A stretch of DNA of 61,162 nt, filler included, from Deltaproteobacteria bacterium (lineage in GTDB: Bacteria; JACQOV01): assembly GCA_016202395.1 (NCBI GenBank). It is 4 parts of 4 records of this genome, joined end to end, with 100 filler letters (N's around TTAATTAATTAA, not from the genome) between each part and the next. Parts side by side here need not be neighbours in the genome. Positions count along the whole stretch, not along the records: positions 1 to 29,523 come from JACQOV010000011.1; 3 more parts are not named here. One strand, given 5' to 3'. The notes beneath the pieces were generated by a model. That model was not told where the DNA came from, did not search any database, and worked only from the letters and a program-made list of their open reading frames with translations. The position numbers and the translations under genes are program-made. The first letter of the stretch is position 1. Every line of letters begins with the position of its first letter. Of the stretch, positions 8,844-17,674 are shown one piece after another.

Positions 8844-9674
8844 ATGAAAAACGGACAGGTTTACCGAGGGACGCAGGATTACATCGCCTCGGAGGATTTG
8901 CAGAGGGTGGTCAATGTCTCTTTAGCCATCGGTCGCCCACTTCTCCTTAAGGGAGAGCCGGGGACAGGGAAAACGCTCCTTGCCGCCTCCATTGCCAAGT
9001 CCATTCATCGTCCTTTATTGCGATGGAATGTCAAGTCGACAACCCAAGCTCAAGAAGGGCTCTGCGTTTACGACACCATTCAACGTCTCAACGATAGTCG
9101 TTTTGGCGACGGCGATGTGAAAGACATTAAGCGTTACATCAAGCTCGGAAAACTGGGGGAGGCATTTGTTTCGGAAGAGCCGGTGGTCCTTCTGATCGAT
9201 GAGATTGACAAAGCTGATCTCGAGTTTCCAAACGATCTCCTGGCCGAACTGGATGAGATGCGTTTTTATATTCCAGAGACGAAAGAGGAGATCGTGGCCA
9301 AACATCGCCCGATGGTCGTGATTACCTCCAATTCAGAAAAAGAGCTCCCCGATGCGTTCCTGCGGCGTTGTGTTTTCCATTACATCGCTTTCCCAGACAC
9401 TGCGCTCATGACGGAGATCGTCAAAGTCCATTTCCCCGATCTCGAGAAGAGGCTCTTGGAGGCCGCTCTTCAGAAATTTTATGAGATCCGCTCTGGGTCG
9501 CACTTGAGAAAACCCCCTTCAACCTCGGAGCTGATTGACTGGCTCCATGCCCTTTTGGCCATGGGGATCTCTTCCAAAGATATTTTGCAGGAGATTCCAC
9601 CGCTTCTGGGCTGTTTGATTAAGAAAACTGAAGACATGCGGATCTCCAGCAACCCTCTTAGAATGACATCCTGA
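8844..9674 (+). CDS. MoxR-family AAA+ ATPase
   Basis: GEPGTGKT, LLIDEIDKAD, FPNDLL and LPDAFLRRC motifs; RBS GGAGG before ATG 8844. Confidence 0.92.
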   Translation: MKNGQVYRGTQDYIASEDLQRVVNVSLAIGRPLLLKGEPGTGKTLLAASIAKSIHRPLLRWNVKSTTQAQEGLCVYDTIQRLNDSRFGDGDVKDIKRYIKLGKLGEAFVSEEPVVLLIDEIDKADLEFPNDLLAELDEMRFYIPETKEEIVAKHRPMVVITSNSEKELPDAFLRRCVFHYIAFPDTALMTEIVKVHFPDLEKRLLEAALQKFYEIRSGSHLRKPPSTSELIDWLHALLAMGISSKDILQEIPPLLGCLIKKTEDMRISSNPLRMTS

Positions 9675-9686
9675 GTCCTGTAAGCC

Positions 9687-10856
9687 ATGTTATTGCCCTT
9701 TCTTTACACACTTCGGGCTCATAAAATTCCTGTAGGGACGCAGGAGTGGCTTGCGTTGATGGAAGCCCTTTGCAAAGATACGGCGAACTCTTCCCTCACC
9801 GATTTTTATTACATCGCTCGATCGATTCTCGTAAAGTCCGAGGCCCTTTTCGATGCCTTTGATCAAGCTTTTCTAGTTTGCTTTAAAGGGAAAGAGGACG
9901 ATTTTAATCTTAAAAAAGAGCTTTTGGAATGGCTCGACCGCAATGTCGATCCCTTGCAGCGCCCCAAGATGCCTTTCGATATCCCGCCGCTTGCTTTGGA
10001 AGAGTTGCGGCGGCGGTTTTTAGAACGTCTCAAAGAGCAAAACGACGAGCATCACGGAGGCTCTCATTGGATAGGGACGGGAGGAACTTCCCCCTTGGGT
10101 CACTCGGGGGCCCATCCTTCAGGGATTCGTATAGGAGGGGCTGGAGGAGGACGTTCGGCGGTGCAGGTGGCCGAGGAGCGGCGTTTTGCCAATTATCGCT
10201 ACGATCGAGTTTTGGATATTCGCCAGCTTCAAGTGGCTCTCAAACGCCTTCGGAAGTTGGAACAAACAGGACCCAAAGAGGAACTTCAATTAGAGGAGAC
10301 CATTGATAAGACGGCTAAAAATGGTGGGGAGATAGATCTTATTTTTGACTCTCCCCACAAGAACATCTCGGAGCTTCTTCTCTTGATGGATACCGGTGGG
10401 AGTATGGACCCTTATGCCGAATTAGTAGAGACCCTTTTTTCCGCCGCGCATGCCTCCAAGCATTTCAAAACGTTTCGTCATTTTTACTTCCATAATTGTA
10501 TTTATTCTCGGGTTTATACCGATATGGTCCATGGGAAATACGTTGCGCTCGAAGAGCTTTTTAGAAACCACGGCAAGAACTTTAATGTGGTGCTTGTGGG
10601 GGATGCTTGCATGAGCCCTTACGAGTTGGTTTATGCCGGTGGATCGATAAACTACTGGGAGAATCCGCTCACCCCTGGAATCGACTGGTTCCAACGGTTC
10701 AAGCAGCACTATCCGCGATCCATTTGGCTCAATCCCCAGGAACCGCGCACCTGGAATCATCCCACTATTGCATCGATTGGGAAAGTTTTCAGGATGTTTC
10801 CCTTAACCGTTGAAGGGATTACAGAGGCCATCGATCATTTACGCGGTATTTTTTAA
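9687..10856 (+). CDS. VWA-domain (CoxE-like) MoxR partner protein
   Basis: HGGSHWIGTGGTSP, MIDAS-like DTGGSM, YFHNC and VGDA motifs. Confidence 0.88.
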   Translation: MLLPFLYTLRAHKIPVGTQEWLALMEALCKDTANSSLTDFYYIARSILVKSEALFDAFDQAFLVCFKGKEDDFNLKKELLEWLDRNVDPLQRPKMPFDIPPLALEELRRRFLERLKEQNDEHHGGSHWIGTGGTSPLGHSGAHPSGIRIGGAGGGRSAVQVAEERRFANYRYDRVLDIRQLQVALKRLRKLEQTGPKEELQLEETIDKTAKNGGEIDLIFDSPHKNISELLLLMDTGGSMDPYAELVETLFSAAHASKHFKTFRHFYFHNCIYSRVYTDMVHGKYVALEELFRNHGKNFNVVLVGDACMSPYELVYAGGSINYWENPLTPGIDWFQRFKQHYPRSIWLNPQEPRTWNHPTIASIGKVFRMFPLTVEGITEAIDHLRGIF

Positions 10857-11302
10857 AAGTACACCACGGCGATATAAAGAGCAACAAAAGCAAAGGGAAC
10901 TCCGAGCATAGAGAGATAAACATCTCGGGTCAGGTCCTTGCCTCGTTCGAGCTGGAGGGGCCAGGCGTCTTTGGCGATGCTTTTGGCCCAACGATCTCGG
11001 TCGAGAACTTTCTTGACACAAAAAAGATTAGCTGCCGCGGCAGCAAGTCCACAGCCGATCTTGACATAAAGAGGCCCTGACGGATTTGGATATTTCATGA
11101 GTAGGAAAAAACCGGTGATGAGGGTGACCAAAAATCCCGGAGTTTCTAAGGTTTTATCAATGATTGCATGAAGACGGATTAAGGTCAGTTGTCCCTCTCG
11201 GCTCGAGGTCTTTCTCAGAACGAGTTCAAGGATAATGTCGGCTGCGGCAGATCCGAACCAAAGAACGAGCGCTAAGACATGGAGGTACTTGATCCAGGAC
11301 AT
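10853..11302 (-). CDS. Small four-helix membrane protein (DUF2269-like)
   Basis: KYLHVLALVLWFG; four hydrophobic segments. Confidence 0.65.
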   Translation of the reverse strand: MSWIKYLHVLALVLWFGSAAADIILELVLRKTSSREGQLTLIRLHAIIDKTLETPGFLVTLITGFFLLMKYPNPSGPLYVKIGCGLAAAAANLFCVKKVLDRDRWAKSIAKDAWPLQLERGKDLTRDVYLSMLGVPFAFVALYIAVVYF

Positions 11303-11357
11303 ATCATTGACTCGACCTTATTCTCTCGGAAATGGGGCTCGTCGTCAATCGTTTTAT

Positions 11358-11386
11358 TTGACATGCTGCGTAAAATTTGATATAAG
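11358..11386 (+). promoter_or_regulatory. sigma70 promoter of the carD operon
   Basis: TTGACA-17 nt-TATAAG. Confidence 0.7.
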
Positions 11387-11545
11387 ATAAGGGCGCAGAG
11401 GTGGGATTTCTTTCTAATATTTCTTTCTAATAAAGAAGGTGGCTAAAGGTACGGTGGTCCCTAAATCCCGCTGTCTGAATTTCTTAGAATTATCAAATAG
11501 TTAAGCGAACAGCCCAGCTATCCTTCAAACACCAAAAGGGGGAAA

Positions 11546-12091
11546 GTGATGAGCATTATTGTGAGGAACGATGTGAAGGTAAACGGCTTTAAAGTGGGGG
11601 ATCTTGCGGTTTATCCGGCTCATGGAGTCGGGAGGGTCGAGAAAATCGAGAAGAAAGAGATCTCAGGAAGTATGAACACCTTCTATATCCTGAAAATCCT
11701 CGATAATGGCATGACCGTGATGGTTCCTAAAGAGACCGCGCATCAAGTAGGAATGCGGACTGTCATTCAAAGAAAAAAGGTCACAGAGGTTTATTCTGTC
11801 CTCAAGAGCAGCAAATCAGGCAATGGGGATTATCAAACGTGGAATCGTCGCTATCGGGAGTATTCTGACAAGATTCGGTCGGGCTCTGTTTTAGAGATTG
11901 CCGCGGTTCTGAGGGATCTCTATATTCTGAAGCACACCAAAGAGCTCTCCTTTGGCGAAAGAAAAATGCTGGATACGGCTCGGGCGTTGTTGGTAAAAGA
12001 GTTATCGATTGCTGAGAAGAGAAAGGAAGAGGAAGTGGAGAAGGGGATCCTTACTATCTTTAAAAGAAACGGGAGAGGGATCATTAATTAA
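11546..12091 (+). CDS. carD: CarD/CdnL RNA polymerase-binding regulator (true start possibly GTG 11573)
   Basis: FKVGDLAVYPAHGVG, WNRRYR and LSFGERKML motifs; carD-ispD-ispF-cysS synteny. Confidence 0.93.
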   Translation: MMSIIVRNDVKVNGFKVGDLAVYPAHGVGRVEKIEKKEISGSMNTFYILKILDNGMTVMVPKETAHQVGMRTVIQRKKVTEVYSVLKSSKSGNGDYQTWNRRYREYSDKIRSGSVLEIAAVLRDLYILKHTKELSFGERKMLDTARALLVKELSIAEKRKEEEVEKGILTIFKRNGRGIIN

Positions 12092-12270
12092 AGGGCACCT
12101 CTAAAAACTATGTTCGTAACGAAAAAACAGGATTTGAGCCGAGACGAGGAAGATGAGAGAAAAGCCCGCAAACGTACCTGGAAGGTACGTTGAGGACTTT
12201 TCCCGAAATCTGACAAAGTCGCAGGCCAAAGCATGTTTTTGTAGTAGAAGATAGTTTTTAGAGGTGCCCT
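12092..12270. mobile_element. 179-bp MITE with perfect 20-bp terminal inverted repeats
   Basis: agggcacctctaaaaactat / atagtttttagaggtgccct; internal cgtacc-tggaa-ggtacg hairpin. Confidence 0.85.
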
Positions 12271-12307
12271 GAAGGCGCCGCTTTGTTTTGGTATCATCCT
12301 CCAGTTT

Positions 12308-13009
12308 ATGAAAGAGCTTCAATGGCATCGCGCTCTTATTATTGTCTCCGCAGGGGAGGGGAAGCGTTTCCGAGGAGGGACGCTCAAACAATTTTTGAAG
12401 CTGGATCAGCGATGGATTGTTCATCATGCCCTTGAAGCCTTTATCTCCACAAATCTCTTTGAGCAGGTTATTTTAGCTCTTCCCGCCTCCCATGTTCAAT
12501 CCATTCGTAAAGATCTTCAAAATAAAGTTCCTTCTTCTATTCGATTCGAAACAGTCAGAGGAGGAGCCACTCGACAAGAATCGGTGGAGAAAGGGCTCGG
12601 CGCTATTCAGTCCCCGTGCAATCTCGTTTTGGTCCATGATGGAGTGCGTCCTTTTCCATCGCGAAAATTGATTGAATCGGTAGTGGAGGTTGCGCAGGAC
12701 CAGATCGCAGCGATTCCCGTCATCCCAGTCCGAGATACCGTTAAGCAATTGGATAAGCAAGGGCACGTTCTAAAAACAATTCCACGAGAGGATTTTTGGA
12801 TGGCTCAAACTCCTCAGGGATTCCATTATACTGTTTTAAAAAATGCGCATGCTTGGGGACAAGAAAAGGAGTACAAGGGAACAGATGATGCGACGCTGAT
12901 AGAAAAGATGGGAATTCCGGTCAAGACTGTTCCCGGAGAGGTGACTAACATTAAGATTACCACTCCAGAGGATTTCGAATTGGCAAAGCGTTTGTTACAA
13001 GGAAGGTGA
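12308..13009 (+). CDS. ispD: MEP cytidylyltransferase
   Basis: AGEGKRF, KQF, GGATRQES, VHDGVRPF, QTPQGF, TDDA and NIKITTPED motifs. Confidence 0.95.
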   Translation: MKELQWHRALIIVSAGEGKRFRGGTLKQFLKLDQRWIVHHALEAFISTNLFEQVILALPASHVQSIRKDLQNKVPSSIRFETVRGGATRQESVEKGLGAIQSPCNLVLVHDGVRPFPSRKLIESVVEVAQDQIAAIPVIPVRDTVKQLDKQGHVLKTIPREDFWMAQTPQGFHYTVLKNAHAWGQEKEYKGTDDATLIEKMGIPVKTVPGEVTNIKITTPEDFELAKRLLQGR

Positions 13010-13485
13010 AGATGAAAATTGGTTTCGGCTATGATATTCATCGATTGGTCCCGGGGCGGCCGCTGCGACTTGGCGCAGTGGAGGTGCCGTTCGACAAAGG
13101 ATTAGAAGGGCATTCCGACGGAGATGTGTTGTTACATGCCATCGGAGATGCCTTGCTGGGGGCTTCCAATTTGGGAGATTTAGGGAAATATTTTCCGTCG
13201 GGAGATCCCCAGTATCAGGGGATTTCCAGTGGCATACTTCTTGCTGAAATTCGGGCGATGCTAGCGTTAAAACAATGGGAGATTGTGAATATCGATTCTA
13301 CCGTGGTTGCTGAGCAGCCCAGGCTCCAATCGTGGATTCCAGCGATGAAAGAAAAGATCGCTCAGATTTTGGGAATCGAAGGATCTCAAGTGAGTGTCAA
13401 GGCCAAAACCAACGAAGGAATGGGGGTTGTGGGTCAAGGGGATGCGATGGCGGCCTTTGCTGTGGCGCTTCTGGATAAAAAATAA
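13006..13485 (+). CDS. ispF: MECDP synthase
   Basis: IGFGYDIH, GHSDGDVLLHA, GDLGKYFP and KAKTNE motifs. Confidence 0.96.
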   Translation: MKMKIGFGYDIHRLVPGRPLRLGAVEVPFDKGLEGHSDGDVLLHAIGDALLGASNLGDLGKYFPSGDPQYQGISSGILLAEIRAMLALKQWEIVNIDSTVVAEQPRLQSWIPAMKEKIAQILGIEGSQVSVKAKTNEGMGVVGQGDAMAAFAVALLDKK

Positions 13486-13488
13486 GAA

Positions 13489-14934
13489 ATGTCGCTCAAA
13501 CTCTACAATACGCTCACACGAAAAGTAGAAACTTTTGAACCTTTGGGAGGAAACAAAGTTCGAATCTACGTGTGCGGGGTGACGATCTATGATCGTTGTC
13601 ATCTGGGGCACGCCAGAGCCTTGGTGATTTTCGATCTTCTTTATCGGTTTCTAAAAGACAAGGGGTATGAGGTTGATTTTGTCCGGAACTTTACCGACAT
13701 TGATGACAAGATCTTGAGTCGAGCCCAAGAAGAGAAGGTTTCCTGGAAAGAAGTGGTTCAGCGAAATCTCCATGCCTTCCAAGAAGACTTCAAAGATTTT
13801 GGATTGCTAACACCCATGGTGGAGCCGAGAGCAACGGAACATATCGCCGACATGATTCATCTGATCGAGTTGTTGATGCAAAAAGGGGTTGCCTATGCCT
13901 CGGATGGAGAGGTTTTCTTTTCAGTGAAGAAGTTTCCAGCTTATGGGAAGCTCTCAGGGCAAACACTTGAGGAACTTCGCTCTGGAACTAGAGTTGAAGT
14001 GAACCCCAAGAAAAAGGATCCTGAGGATTTTGTTCTTTGGAAAGCCAGCCGCGAAGGAGAGCCTTCCTGGCCGAGCCCCTGGGGGCCAGGCCGTCCTGGA
14101 TGGCACATCGAGTGCTCCGCAATGAGTTTGAAATATCTTGGATCTCCCTTCGACATTCATGGCGGTGGAACCGATCTAATTTTTCCGCATCACGAAAACG
14201 AGATTGCTCAGTCCGAAGGGGCCACCGGAAAACTTTTTTCTCAATTTTGGATTCACAATGGGATGGTCACACTCCAATCCGAGAAGATGTCAAAGTCGAC
14301 GGGGAACCTCACCCGTGTTCAGGAGATTTTAAAGAAATATCCGGCCGAGGTGGCGCGATTTTTTTTATTGACAGCCCATTATCGGTCGCCACTGGAGTTT
14401 AGTTGGGAGCTTTTAGAACAAGCCGAAAAAGCGGTCTCCAGGGGTTACACGGCTTTGAAGAGTCTTAGAGAGGGATTGGAAGAAGATCAACTTCCGGACA
14501 AGATCCAGGACCTTCTTCCGTTGCAAAATATCTGGCAGCGATTCGAAGGGGCATTGGACAACGATTTAAACACCCCCGTCGCCATCGCTGTTTTTTTTGA
14601 AGCGGTCAAAGCCATCCATCAAGCATTTGCTAATTCGAAACGGATCTCTCATTCTTCTCATCAGCCCATTTTTGAAGAAGCCCAAAAGGGATTTCGGAAA
14701 ATAGCGTCCATTCTGGGGGCTTTTGAAAAAGATCCTAACGATTACTTCCAAAAGAGTCGCCTCACCCAAACCTCTTTAACCGATAGTGAGATCCATGCCC
14801 AGATCCGCTTGAGAGAAGAGGCCCGCAGCAGAAAAGATTGGAAACAAGCCGACATCATCCGCCAAAAACTCTACGACGAAGGGATTGTTCTCGAAGACAC
14901 TCCAAAAGGGACTATTTGGAAGATAAACTTCTAA
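13489..14934 (+). CDS. cysS: Cysteine-tRNA ligase
   Basis: YVCG, HLGH, GRPGWHIECSAM, DIHGGG and KMSKS motifs. Confidence 0.97.
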   Translation: MSLKLYNTLTRKVETFEPLGGNKVRIYVCGVTIYDRCHLGHARALVIFDLLYRFLKDKGYEVDFVRNFTDIDDKILSRAQEEKVSWKEVVQRNLHAFQEDFKDFGLLTPMVEPRATEHIADMIHLIELLMQKGVAYASDGEVFFSVKKFPAYGKLSGQTLEELRSGTRVEVNPKKKDPEDFVLWKASREGEPSWPSPWGPGRPGWHIECSAMSLKYLGSPFDIHGGGTDLIFPHHENEIAQSEGATGKLFSQFWIHNGMVTLQSEKMSKSTGNLTRVQEILKKYPAEVARFFLLTAHYRSPLEFSWELLEQAEKAVSRGYTALKSLREGLEEDQLPDKIQDLLPLQNIWQRFEGALDNDLNTPVAIAVFFEAVKAIHQAFANSKRISHSSHQPIFEEAQKGFRKIASILGAFEKDPNDYFQKSRLTQTSLTDSEIHAQIRLREEARSRKDWKQADIIRQKLYDEGIVLEDTPKGTIWKINF

Positions 14935-14946
14935 TGCTCCGACAAT

Positions 14947-16938
14947 ATGGCACAATTTGAACTTATCTCTGAATTCACCCCCAAAGGGGATCAGCCCGAA
15001 GCTATCCGAGCCCTGTCTGAAAATTTAAGGAAGGGGGTTTCTTATCAGACACTGCTGGGTGTCACCGGCTCGGGCAAAACCTTCACGATGGCTCATACCC
15101 TGGCTCGCATTCAGAGGCCCACCCTTGTTATTGCGCCGAATAAAACCCTTGCAGCCCAGCTCTATAGTGAGTTCCGTCAACTTTTCCCCAACAACTCTGT
15201 TCATTATTTCGTAAGCTACTACGATTATTATCAGCCGGAGGCCTACGTTCCGCAAACCGACACCTACATTGAAAAAGATGCCTCTATCAATGATGAGATC
15301 GATAAACTACGCCATGCCGCGACTCATTCGCTTCTCCAAAGATCCGATGTGATTATTGTTGCCAGTGTCTCGTGCATCTACGGTCTCGGTTCCCCCGAAG
15401 CCTATCATTCAATGCTTCTGCGTCTCTCAGCGGGTGAGACTATCTCCCGGGACAAGATTCTGCGAAAATTGGTGGATATCCGATATCAAAGGAACGATTT
15501 CGATTTTGATCGGGGGACTTTTCGTGTGCGGGGTGACGTGGTGGAGATTTTTCCCGCTTATGAGGAAGATCGAGCCGTTCGAATCGAGTTTTTTGGCGAT
15601 CAGATCGATTCCCTGGCTTGGATCGATCCTTTGCGCGGGAGGCGAATTCAATCCCTACGGGAGGTCGATATTCATCCGGCGAGCCACTACGTAGCTCCTG
15701 AAGAGACGATAAAAAAAGCGCTCCGATCGATTCAAAAAGAGCTCCAGAATCGATTGCAAGAACTCCGAGCTCAGGAAAAGCTACTGGAAGCTCAACGTCT
15801 CGAGCAACGGACTCTCTACGATATCGAGATGCTTGAAGAGTTCGGTTTCTGTCCTGGAATCGAAAATTATTCTCGCCACCTCGATGGGCGAGCGCCAGGG
15901 GAGCCTCCTTGGACGTTGCTCGATTATTTCCCAAAGGATTTCATCCTTTTCATCGATGAAAGCCACATTACGGTTCCGCAGATTCAAGGGATGTATCGCG
16001 GAGATCGATCGCGCAAGGAGACATTGGTGGAGTACGGTTTTCGACTCCCTTCTGCGCTCGACAACCGCCCCCTTCGATTTGAAGAGTTCGAGGCTCGAGT
16101 GAATCCCGTGATTTACGTCTCTGCAACCCCCGCAGAGTATGAACTTCGGAAGAGTCAGGGGCTGATTGTGGAGCAGATTATTCGACCCACGGGATTGCTC
16201 GATCCCGTCATCGAGGTCCGACCGGTTGTGCATCAAGTGGACGATCTCCTACAAGAGATACGACTTCGTGTGGAGAGGAAGGAGCGGGTTTTGGTCACGA
16301 CACTCACCAAGAAAATGGCTGAAAACCTGACCGAATATTACCAAAATCTGGGGGTTCGAGTCCGTTATCTCCATTCGGATATCGACACGTTGGAGCGGGC
16401 TCAGATTATTCATGATCTTCGCGTAGGGGCTTTTGATGTTTTGATCGGAATCAATCTCTTGCGAGAGGGATTAGATTTGCCTGAGGTTTCATTCGTGGCA
16501 GTTCTCGATGCCGATAAAGAGGGATTTCTAAGATCCACACGATCGTTAATCCAAATTTTTGGAAGGGCATCACGGAATGTGGAAGGGAAAGTGATTCTTT
16601 ATGCCGATCAAATGACGAAATCGATGCGAGTGGCTATTGAAGAGACAGAGCGGCGTCGGAAAAAGCAAGAGGAATACAATCGGCATCACGGGATCACTCC
16701 CGAGACAGTTCGAAAATCGCTCCATAGTCTTCTCGATTCTATCTACGAGGCGGATTATGCAAGAGCTCTGGAGCCTTCGGAATTTGAGGAGGTGGTTCAG
16801 GTGAAAGAGGTCTCTGAGAGAATCGAGGAGCTCCGCCAACAGATGCGGGAGGCTGCCCAAAAATTGGAGTTCGAAAAAGCAGCGGAGCTCCGCGACCGAA
16901 TCCACACCCTCCAATCTCAAGATCTCCTCCTGCGATAA
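14947..16938 (+). CDS. uvrB: Excinuclease ABC subunit B
   Basis: [18 protein letters not shown] and DESH motifs; C-terminal UVR domain. Confidence 0.98.
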   Translation: MAQFELISEFTPKGDQPEAIRALSENLRKGVSYQTLLGVTGSGKTFTMAHTLARIQRPTLVIAPNKTLAAQLYSEFRQLFPNNSVHYFVSYYDYYQPEAYVPQTDTYIEKDASINDEIDKLRHAATHSLLQRSDVIIVASVSCIYGLGSPEAYHSMLLRLSAGETISRDKILRKLVDIRYQRNDFDFDRGTFRVRGDVVEIFPAYEEDRAVRIEFFGDQIDSLAWIDPLRGRRIQSLREVDIHPASHYVAPEETIKKALRSIQKELQNRLQELRAQEKLLEAQRLEQRTLYDIEMLEEFGFCPGIENYSRHLDGRAPGEPPWTLLDYFPKDFILFIDESHITVPQIQGMYRGDRSRKETLVEYGFRLPSALDNRPLRFEEFEARVNPVIYVSATPAEYELRKSQGLIVEQIIRPTGLLDPVIEVRPVVHQVDDLLQEIRLRVERKERVLVTTLTKKMAENLTEYYQNLGVRVRYLHSDIDTLERAQIIHDLRVGAFDVLIGINLLREGLDLPEVSFVAVLDADKEGFLRSTRSLIQIFGRASRNVEGKVILYADQMTKSMRVAIEETERRRKKQEEYNRHHGITPETVRKSLHSLLDSIYEADYARALEPSEFEEVVQVKEVSERIEELRQQMREAAQKLEFEKAAELRDRIHTLQSQDLLLR

Positions 16939-17021
16939 CTTTCTCCATTTTTATTGGTTCGGTGAGAAAAGTTCACGGGGATGTTTTTTCTCGCTTCACT
17001 CGCAAGATTTTTGACCCGTGC

Positions 17022-17122
17022 TGTTTGGCCTCGCGGGTCCTGTCATGGGGCTTCCCCCAGGCGTGCTCCACGGTCCGCGCGCCTGGGGGTCCCCCGCCCC
17101 ATGCCACCCGTGAGGCCAAACA
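17022..17122. repeat. GC-rich hairpin element (family B), second copy at 49126-49221
   Basis: tgtttggcctcgcgggt / acccgtgaggccaaaca outer stem around ccccaggcg / cgcctgggg. Confidence 0.8.
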
Positions 17123-17159
17123 AGAAAAGACTATAGGTGAAGGTTAGGAAAAGTTTGCT

Positions 17160-17614
17160 GGAATGTTTTCTGAGCGAATGTTCACGAGATTTTTTGGAGT
17201 GTCCCCTAGAGGAGGCAGGTCTCTAAACGAGCGGTTCATTTCGAGCCGTGTAACTGTTAGCTCCGCAAAGCAGCGGAGCGGATGGCTCACAATCGGTGTC
17301 GATCCGTGAGACCTATCCTTTCCGTACGTGTTCCTCCAGGGTGAAATTGGGGGACGTAGCTGCTTTGCGAAGCCTATCCCGCCTTAGCGGGACCCCGCCG
17401 AAGGCGGTGGCAGTGGCTAGGCGAGAAATGCTAGCGAGTTGAAGATCCCCGAGAGCCAAGGCTCTCGGGGAATCTTCGAAATGGAAGGATAAAAGGCATT
17501 TTTGTTATTTCGCTCGCTAGCCGCTCGCGATTGCATTTTCAGAGACCTACCTCCCTTAGAGGGGTTAAAATTTCTTGTGTGAGCGAAAAGGATATCTTGA
17601 CCTAAAAACTGGGG
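17160..17614. mobile_element. Composite inverted-repeat-bounded structured element (family C)
   Basis: ggaggcaggtctct (17211-17224) / agagacctacctcc (17541-17554); related ends at 36346-36555 and 29462-29515. Confidence 0.55.
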
Positions 17615-17674
17615 GGTCAGCAAACCGCCCTTTTCCGTTGACATCGGGGGTGTGGATGTGGTCTAAAAGAGCCT

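Noticed and set aside
12088-12427. Minus-strand ORFs of 69 and 108 aa
   Set aside because: Shadows of the MITE and ispD; no protein features.
16962-17147. 61-aa ORF after uvrB
   Set aside because: Largely the translated family-B repeat; no RBS or homology cue.
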